Below, one piece after another: positions 55,514-64,000 of a DNA stretch of 64,000 nt. Under the pieces are notes generated by a model. It did not search any database and was not told the origin of the DNA. It was given only the letters and a program-made list of their open reading frames with translations. The stretch comes from Epiperipatus broadwayi (lineage: Eukaryota > Animalia > Onychophora): positions 1,240,001 through 1,304,000 of the forward strand of contig JAQFVV010000005.1 of NCBI GenBank assembly GCA_028023455.1, read 5' to 3'. Position 1 is the stretch's first letter. Each line of letters begins with the position of its first letter. Position numbers and translations under genes: made by a program.

Positions 55514-57734
55514 TATACTAGACTTAAAGCAACAATACAAAGATAAGCAACAAATTTCTTGCTGAATACATAACTAAAAAATCAAAGATCTTCTGCACAA
55601 CTGGTCAAGGGGCTACATCTATTGGGCCATAAAGATAAAATCCATTCCAACATCTATTATAGTTGGAGATAGAGTCTTTGCTGGGGTGAATATGACTCAA
55701 CAAATTATATTTACTTTCATGAGAAACTAACCAACTTCACATTGCAGCCAAAAGAAGAGGCATTAGCCACTCCCCCTTGATCATGGTATCTCAAAATGAT
55801 ATATTGGATAAGATGGTCTCCATACCAGAAAGAACCCATCCTGGCTTACATGCAATCATTCATCCAAACCTTATCAATCTCTCTTCCAATATCCATAATA
55901 TTAGTGGAGTTTATCCCATAGCCTTTGTGCCTTTTCTAAAGAACATCATTCCTTCTCCTGATCATTAAAAACCACAACAATAGATAAATATCCATCTCCC
56001 TCAATGGTAAAATTTCACCTCTGTTCATCCCTATAAACTCCACTCCTCTCAGTGCCATCTTCATCACCTACCTAAACTTGCTCCTTATTGAGCTGTAACA
56101 GGCTCTTCATGCTATTTATATCCTAGCCTTAGAGAAGTATCTCAAATAGTTTGGTAGATATGGAACACAGAGTGGGAAAATATAAAAAATGAATAATTTA
56201 ATGTATCATAGTTAACAATTATTCTTAGAACTTTCATTTCTTTTAAATATTGATCATATTTTTTTTTTTCAATTTAAAGCTCTGCGAAAAGTTAAAGAAT
56301 ACCGATAATTTTTAAAAACAATGTGAATTTTCTTTTTTAGCATTTTTTTTAAACAACTTTTAAAATAATAAAAAAATATCAAACAATTTCAAATAGAAAA
56401 CATTATTGATTTATTTATATAATTATGTACACATACTGCAGAAATATTTAATGACATATATGCTATATGTGATAATGATTTATAATAAAATATGGATTAA
56501 GTGAAGTTCATTTTCAATATATACACATTATGTACATATACTAAATGTTATGTATATATCAATTATAAGGGTCCAGTCAATTTAAAGTACAATATCATTT
56601 TACATTTTCATTTACTGTGCCACTCCTAAAAAAGTAGAAATAATAGTGATAAAATTTGTTTTATATTAAATCAATCCCTTTTTTATAATAAGGGATTGAT
56701 ATAATTAATTTCTGCCCCCCCCCATGCATTTATTTCAAGTTAAGTCTAAAAACTAATTGTGGTTGAAGAAACAATTTTATTTCTTTTAATGCACAGTCAA
56801 TAAAAGCATTTAATATAAAAAAAAAAATTATCTGTATTATATACTTTTATTTAATTTTTTTTTTTTTATCTAACTGAAAAATCTTGGAATTCAATTTTCA
56901 ATCATTTCTTAATGTTTGTTTTAGTTGAAATTTTGCATACATATGTTTTCCCAATGAAAATATTTTTTTTAAAAAGTTTACGAATATTTTTAGCAAAAAA
57001 TTTAAATTTTTAATTTTATATGGGATTCATTATTTTTTAAAGCACTACTATGTAATTGTATTAAATTTTATTTTAAACTTTTTTCATTCATCATTTTTGG
57101 AACTTTATAAAACTAAAAGATAAGGAAAAAAATTATTGAAATTTTCTGTATACATTCAAAAGTAAAAAATGCACAAAAAGATAAAAATTAATGTTTTTTT
57201 AAGATGTTAATTGCAAATAATCTAACAAATAAATAGGCATTGATTTAATGTCTAAACATGTTTAGTAAAATTATGTGAATAAAACTTTATTTAAAATTGA
57301 TATATATATATATATCAATTTCAACTCCTATACTTTCACAATTCCCAATAACATTTGGTGTTTGCTATGAATAAGTATTCTCTCTAATTTAATAAACATG
57401 GGACTGATAACTGCTAGTATGAACATTTGAAATGAGAGCTGTAATATAAAATGTCACTATCAACTTGAATTTTATAAACTGATCATTTGTAGGATATAAT
57501 TAGAAGGGATTTGAACCCAGATTTTCAAACTTCCTTTAATCATCCATTCCATCTTAGGGTTCTTGAAATTCTGTGTTCTAATTACATCTAGCTTAAAGTA
57601 TATATAGTATATTCGTATTTAAATATTGTATGATATAATTAACACCAAGTAAAAATAATTACTTTAGAATAAATTTATACAATGAATAAGCATATAAAAA
57701 ACTAAATAAAAATAACTTAATTACTAATATAAAT

Positions 57735-58175
57735 ATAGAGGATTTGAACTCAGATTTTCAAACACCCTTCAACTATCCACACTATCTCATACAACTGATA
57801 CACATGACCACATACATGTAGAAAAGATTCATAATCACCAATATACACATTTCATGCTAAACCAGCACTCATCAGTTGGTCCAGATTATCATCTCCCACA
57901 CATATATATATATAATCAATGCTCAGTTTATATTAAGATAGCAAATCTTTATACTTTAATAGATAGGCCTCAATTCACTGCAACCTCCAACTCTTCAGCC
58001 ATCCATATCATTGAAAATCTGATGATGAAAACTCAAATCTTATGCTGATGCTAATATTATTGCCGTGCCCATGTTGACCCGAAGTTACTCTGACCCCTCA
58101 TGTATAGAACAGTATTCATTAAATACATATAACAGAGATGGACAGGATACAAGCTTGATATGTAAATATTTGAAA
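57735..58175 (-). mobile_element. Hammerhead-bearing repeat, longest copy H (another 3'-end fragment lies at ~57500-57555)
   Basis: Reverse complement aligns by eye with 34265-34660. It ends in gtggatagttgaagggtgtttgaaaatctgagttcaaatcc. Confidence 0.87.
57837..57880 (-). ncRNA. Minimal type I hammerhead ribozyme motif (copy H, best preserved)
   Basis: Reverse strand reads accaa-CTGATGA-gtgct/ggttt/agcat-GAAA-t-gtgt-ATA-ttggt. Stem I is perfect, stem II has 5 bp and the core is intact. Confidence 0.85.
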
Positions 58176-58263
58176 ACCAGGCACTCTTCACAAATCTACA
58201 ATTAAACCTACTTACAATTAAGCTCCCAGGTTTGTGAAGAGTGCCTGGTTTTCAAATATTTAC
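58162..58263. repeat. Perfect 33-bp-arm inverted repeat at the 5' end of hammerhead copy H
   Basis: gtaaatatttgaaaaccaggcactcttcacaaa / tttgtgaagagtgcctggttttcaaatatttac. Confidence 0.93.
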
Positions 58264-58929
58264 TAATATAAAAGAAATAAATTAAAATATAGTAAATAGA
58301 TTATATTAAATTATTAAGACCATTTCTATTTGCTTTTGTTAAAATTTTAAAAGAAATTGTTACCATGGTATATAAATTTATAACTTCAGTTACTGATCAG
58401 TGTAGGATAAAACCTGTAATGTCTCATCCTTCCAAATTGGTACAATTTAAGGATTCAGTTTCCAACAATGATAGGACACATTCTTCATAGGCATAGATTA
58501 CTTGTAATTTATCCTAATGTGGTATTTAAGAATAGAGCTTCAGGTCATTATCAGAAAATGATTACATAATTTTGACAGACTGGTATGTGTTTAAATTAAT
58601 CAGCAATGCATTTTCAGTGGCTATATCAGCAAATCCATAAATCAAGAATTTCTGTTAATAATAATTTATATTTAATACTTTTCAATACCGTGAGGTATAT
58701 CTCAACCACAGTTATAGTCACAAAGCAACAAGCTCCATCTGAATTTAATATAAGTCTATGGACAGTTTTTTCTTCTGCTCTTTTTAATAATTAATGCTAG
58801 ACTCATTTTTTTAAATATTTCCCAGTCCAACACTAAAGAATGTGACACCTCCTTTTAATATTTTTGACAATTCTACATTTTTCATTTTAATATTTAAATA
58901 TAAGTATATTAATCACTGATTTTAATATA

Positions 58930-59095
58930 ATTAGAAGGATTTGAACTCAGACCTTCAAAATGTACAGCATTTATTTCATCTTATATAACTGATAATTTAT
59001 CTTTTTCACATGTATGTGGTTATGTATATTGGTGGTATAGGAAGGAATAGTTAACTGTAGGGATCTTGAAAGTCTGGGTTCAAGTCCTTTCTAAT
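58930..59095. mobile_element. Miniature derivative of the hammerhead family with inverted ends
   Basis: taattagaaggatttgaactcagaccttcaa ... ttgaaagtctgggttcaagtcctttctaatta. Confidence 0.72.
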
Positions 59096-59105
59096 TAATT
59101 TTTTC

Positions 59106-59348
59106 ATTTTAACATTTCTTTTAATTGAAAGTAATACCTTTTAATTACTATTGCTACCAGATTTGTAAATTGATTTTTTTATCTACAAATGTAATCAAGT
59201 TAACTTTTTTTAAAAAATAAAATAGTTAACCGATTACATTTGTAGATAAAAAAAATCAATTTACAAATCTGATAGCAATAATAATTAATTAAAAGGTAAG
59301 AAAAAAAATCAGTAATATATTACTTTCAATTAAAAGAAATGTTAAAAT
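59106..59348. repeat. Long AT-rich palindrome
   Basis: attttaacatttcttttaattgaaagtaat...cagatttgtaaattgattttttt-atctacaaatgtaatc is mirrored on the right arm. Confidence 0.88.
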
Positions 59349-59381
59349 TAAACTTTTTTTAAAAAATAAAATAGTTGTTAA

Positions 59382-59490
59382 GCATTGGTGGTCGAGAGGT
59401 CAGCGACGACTGCTTTACAAGCAGTTGTCCTGGGTTAGCGGGTTCACTTTCTGGCTGATGCTATCACACATGAGAAAAAAATAAAATAAA
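59382..59490 (+). mobile_element. Second copy of the tRNA-like SINE (anticodon loop TTTACAA, Val-TAC-like)
   Basis: D-stem GTCG/CGAC; anticodon stem ACTGC/GCAGT; A-rich tail; imperfect TSD (aaaataaaatagtt / aaaataaagtagtt). Confidence 0.85.
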
Positions 59491-60789
59491 GTAGTTATAT
59501 ATATATATTTCAATCTCTTGTTTCTATTAACACACCTTAGCTGGATGAAATTCTTTTTTTTTTTTGGCATTTATTTTAATAAAGATTTATAAATTTTAGC
59601 TGTCTTTATTTTTTTGATCCAAGTAAGATACTTTTATATGTACACACATACATGCACATACAAAAAATACTATTGCATTGCCCTTTAACCAATTACTATT
59701 AGTAATTTTAAAACAATTTTTAATAACCCATTATAGACTCCTATATCATCTATGTGCTGCTTGCTGACCACCTTTTTAAGCTTCTATTTCCAGCAAGCAC
59801 CACATTATATACAGATATATTCAATATTTTTAAATTGTATTTTTTTGGTAAATCTTAATTAATTAACAAGCAAAGAATGTGTAAAGAGCTTTGTATAGAA
59901 ATTAAGAGGTAACAAATAATAGGCAAATGAACCAATTGGGAAATGAACAACATGAAAAACAACCATCAAAAAATATTTATAGAAAAACAAATATATTTTC
60001 CAAAGCACAGACCTATATAAAAAGCAGAGGAAAATTAATTCAATTAATTGAAGTTGGAGTCAGAATTGAAGCTAGGAGAATTGGGATTGAAGTCAGTTGA
60101 AATAAAATTAATTAAAGTTGAATTGATAGTTACAAAGTTGCAGAATTAATGAATGACTTCCTGTTGTCATTGAAAGGACATTTAAACTGTCATATTTTTA
60201 AATGAACTGCTACATCAGCTCATCATTGGCTAAATAATCAAAAAAGCCGTTGGACCAGTCAGTGATGCAATTCTGAAAGGATAGCTATCCCACCTTCATG
60301 CTTCTTCCAAGCATTAACCAAACTAGATTAGGAATAACACTTAAAACTTCATTAAACCCTGGATTGCGTGGGAAATTATCAAAGTCATAATGGCACATAG
60401 CTCTGAAAAACATGTAGAGAATGAACATGAGGGAAAAAAACTACAGTAGTTGATAGATATTAATAAAACTGCGGAATTTAGTCAGGCTTATTTATCTTAA
60501 TAATTAAAATTCATTAATACCTGCCAATTTAATCAATTATTTAAAAATGAATATTTAAATTTCTTTGGTTACATAATAATTTTAATGTTTCTCTTGTTGC
60601 AAATCTGTACAGCAAAAAAATTAATGAAATTAATTTATATTTATACAAATTAAAACATTCGTTTTAAAAGAAAGTTTATTAATTATTTTTAAAATCTATT
60701 TAACGTTCAATTTTAATACGTATATATAGAACATTTTATTAATAGATATATTTTAAATTTATAATAAAAACTTTATTAATAACATAAAT

Positions 60790-61800
60790 ATTTACAAGTT
60801 ATACAAGTAGTTAAACAAATGGTAACCAAAACCCAGAGAATTTTGAAATATTCACTATTAAGACAAAAAGGCTTTGGGCCATCAAACAGTTAACTCCAAC
60901 TCAAGGAGGTTGACCTGTAACAATATAATAGAAGGGTGAAGCATGTAACAAAACAAATGTTTATCTGATAATCTCACATAGAGTTATTCCCGGGCCATCC
61001 CAGATTCAAGTCATCAACTTCCTTGGCAAGTATCTCTGACATTGATTGAAATAAGTTTCCCAATCGCTATGGAGTTTTCTCAGCCAGTTGAATTTCTTGT
61101 TATCGAATATCATAGTACATCTTATATACCATATTGTCTTAAGGGTATGCATAGTTACCATTGCATTATGGGGGGTAAATTTCTCAAAGTATTGATTAAA
61201 TAGAAGTTTTAAGTTGATGATTGGTCTGTGAAACACTCCAGCTCTTATCTATCCAAATGCTGAACATTTTTCAAATAGATGCTGGAAAGTTTCATCACCA
61301 GATTTGCACAATAAACAGATCAGATCCAAATTCATACATAGCCTTCCATTTAGGACTTTAGTTGTTGGAAACAAGCCACTTATCAGTTTGAAAACAAATT
61401 TCAAGTAGTATTGGGGTGCATATATAGAGTGGAACTTTTCAACATATTTTTTTATATATCCAACCATGCATTGTCATGACTTTTAAAATGATTCATTAAG
61501 TCTTTATATTTAATACCTTCCAAACTGGGCACATTCAGATCATCCTGGAGATCCCTATAAACAATGAACAGGTCAGTTATAAAAGATCTTCCCTTACATC
61601 CAATTTTATCAAAGAAGCCAGCATGATCATCAGAAGGCCCAAGAAATTGACTTTTAAATAAGTTAATAAATGTTCTTGTCTTGATGTAAGATACATATAG
61701 CCCTGGATCAATCAGGGCAAGACCCCCATTTTCTATTGCATTTGCAAGGTTGAAATTGAGATCCATCTTATTAAGTGCCAAGGGTATCCTACTAAAATTG
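60790..61800 (-). mobile_element. L1/Tx1 LINE 3' portion
   Basis: GGLALID post-RT motif and CCHC finger CLLCKSGDETFQHLFEKC, in frameshifted ORFs 61452-61781 and 61249-61467. Confidence 0.88.
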
Positions 61801-62164
61801 TATAATCAGTGAAACTCTATTGTATCTTAATATATGCTTTTCTTAATGTATAAACATCCACCAAACCTCCCAGATAAATCTATTTTTGTAACATTGAATA
61901 AAATCCTATTTTAAATATATGTTAGTATTGTAACTGCCGCACTAAATTGATATCTATTAAAATAAAATAATTGTATCAAGATTGTAAAAGATTTGTAAAC
62001 AAAATAAAGTTTAAACTGCGTGAAGTTGATTATACATATATGAAATAATCTTGAATTTTGTCAAAATAAATATTTATAATTTTAAAAACTTAATCCAGTT
62101 GTTTGAATCTCCTTAATAATATTTATGTTTATGTATGTTTTTAACATATCTTGGGTTCACTCAA

Positions 62165-62420
62165 TCTCTCATCATCATCATTATCATCAGCTGAGTTCTC
62201 ATGCAAAATGCTGTAGCACCGGGCCTGGAAATAATGAATTTATGTAGTATCACCGTAGGTGTTGTCCATAGTGTTATAGATTTGGGGAATGGGCAAATAG
62301 ATAGAATTCATGATTGCTCCTGACCTGTGTATCTCAGGCATGATTGGATTCGGGATACTTTTGCTCAGATTCTAAATCTTGTTGGATGGACATACATTTT
62401 TGATCGGTACAGTAGATTTT
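62165..62420 (-). mobile_element. LINE 3' end with a (GAT)n-like tail
   Basis: Reverse strand ends ...gaactcagctgatgataatgatgatgatgag; the adjacent sequence is GC-richer. Confidence 0.4.
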
Positions 62421-62899
62421 TTTTCCTGGGTTTAAGAAGTTGTAAAATAGTGTCCTTTTTTATGAAAAAAAAATGAAATAGAAAAATCATATTAAACTTT
62501 CAGAATTATTTATTTAATATAATGGGTTACAATAATGGGTAATAATTATATTTTAGTGAGTATGTATGTGTTGTTAATTGATTTTATGAGATGACATTAA
62601 TTGTTCATACTTCTATATGGAATGGAATGTGCACTTATAAGCAACTATAAAGAAGCTTATTATTGCTATAAGTTTTCTTATATGATAATAATGATATTTT
62701 AAATGGTTGGTAGAAGTAATTTAATTATCTTTTGAATAATAATAATAAAAAATAATGTGAATATTTTTGATGATATATCTATTTAATCTATTCATTTAGA
62801 TTTGGACAAATATATTTAGTGAAATCAAAGCAGATCTTTGTAATTTTAATATGGACAAAATATTTGGAAAAGTTTCAAAATATAATGATGATATGTTAG

Positions 62900-63200
62900 C
62901 TTCAAAACCATAGGAATTTTTTAGGAATATCTGAACTCATATAATTAAGCCAGCAAATCTTAAGGATACATCTATTGTTCTAATTTTTAAAAATAAAGGG
63001 AATAAACAAGATTGTAGTAATTATCCTGAAATATCCTTACTATCCATTACAGAAAAGGTACTTTAAAGGATTTTGTTGAATAGGTTGCTCCCAAACATTT
63101 TATTCAATTAACTGAACAGATCTATGACCCTGTTTAAATTTAGCTGATTGTCCAACAAATTTTACATGATGAAATGAAAGAAAGTATTATTAGAATAAGT
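62900..63200 (+). mobile_element. Degraded RTE/CR1-type RT fragment
   Basis: LKDTSIVLIFKNKGNKQDCSNYPEISLLSITEKVL*RILLNRL corresponds to the motif IVPIYKKGD..C.NYRGISLL....K....ILL.RL. Confidence 0.8.
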
Positions 63201-63727
63201 TGAAAATCTGAGGTAAACCCTTTTATATTATGCTAGCATCTTGACAGATGTCTTTGTTCTCATTTACTTTAAGCTTTCACTTTAATATTAAATTATTATT
63301 TATCACAATATAATAAATTTGACCTCATTTGGTAGATATTTTTGTTTAGAAATTAAATAATATTTGAAAAATCACATTTGATTTCTGGAATTATTTAAAA
63401 AATTAGATTTTAATCAAAACAAAGCTTTGTTTCATCATCAAATTTCAAGTGGAGCAGATTCAATTTGCAAAATTAATAAAATCTTTGATGTAAAAATCTG
63501 AATGAATTATTTTTAACAAATAGTAAATCTATCAATTTATGCTTTAAAGGTTTAAATTTTTTTTGTAATTTTTATGATATTGCTACATGTTATAACAGAC
63601 TATTGAGTGACATCATTTCTAGACAGTTGAATTTTTTGCGACTATTATCTCTATGGCAACAAATATTCAAAAGAATATATTTTAGATTTAAAAATAAACA
63701 TTTCTATAAAAAGTAAATATGTAATAA

Positions 63728-64000
63728 TGGACCCAATACTATATCAAACTTTAGACATTATGAAAAATTATATCTAAAGCTGGCCAAAGTAGAAAATCAT
63801 TTAACTTTCTTATGTAAATGTAAATCGGAAGGGATAATTCCTAAAGGTTTGCAACTAAAACCTCCAATTCACTCTGAGAGAGTTGAGAAAATTACTTGGA
63901 GAGCAAGTGAAGCTCTGTTAAGAGAAAGAATAAATGCTCAAAGTTTGCTAACCTACATGGGCATATCAAAAATCATAATGTACAAAGTAATATACCAACT
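63728..64000 (+). mobile_element. Penelope-like element ORF N-terminus (frameshifted, runs off the window)
   Basis: HYEKLYLKLAKVENHLTFLCKCKSEGIIPKGLQLKPPIHSERVEKITWRASEALLRERI matches the recalled N-terminal pattern of PLE ORFs (H-x-x-F-L-x-x-C...IPKG(L/F)...LLRERI). Confidence 0.75.

Larger units (their letters stand above)
52500..56150 (+). mobile_element. Degraded L1/Tx1-type LINE (ORF1 remnant, APE endonuclease, start of the RT region), interrupted at ~53540-54460
   Basis: APE motif remnants ETK (~54560), IFLGNFN (~54860), YLDL (~55003) and SDH (~55050); C/A-rich strand bias. Confidence 0.7.

Noticed and set aside
60108-60402. Alternative genetic code (TAA/TAG = Gln) as the explanation for the in-frame stops
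   Set aside because: GAPDH terminates normally at TAA, and AT-biased C>T decay of dead elements is the simpler explanation.
1-64000. CRISPR arrays, rRNA, or most ORF-track entries as genes
   Set aside because: No repeat-spacer array or rRNA sequence was seen. Most listed ORFs are short, low-complexity frames expected in AT-rich DNA, or antisense frames of TEs.

Overview
This is a very AT-rich, CpG-depleted animal (metazoan) genomic window made up almost entirely of intronic or intergenic DNA and transposon debris. The only host coding sequence I can firmly support is the terminal exon of GAPDH (40914-40983, +). No other GAPDH exon was found by eye in the 40.9 kb upstream. Mobile elements include RTE LINEs (one recent copy with a TSD), L1/Tx1 remnants, two Penelope-like (PLE) fragments, an internally deleted Gypsy element, LTR remnants, a decayed hAT transposon, several MITEs and a tRNA-like SINE. 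The most interesting signal is a dispersed, non-coding ~400-bp repeat family. Six copies carry a minimal type I hammerhead ribozyme fold with a palindromic stem III, followed by a tRNA B-box-like 3' end, and several insertions have inverted terminal duplications. This looks like a retrozyme or PLE-mobilised ribozyme SINE. The window is also unusually rich in unrelated fold-back (inverted) duplications. All calls come from manual reading; no database searches were run.
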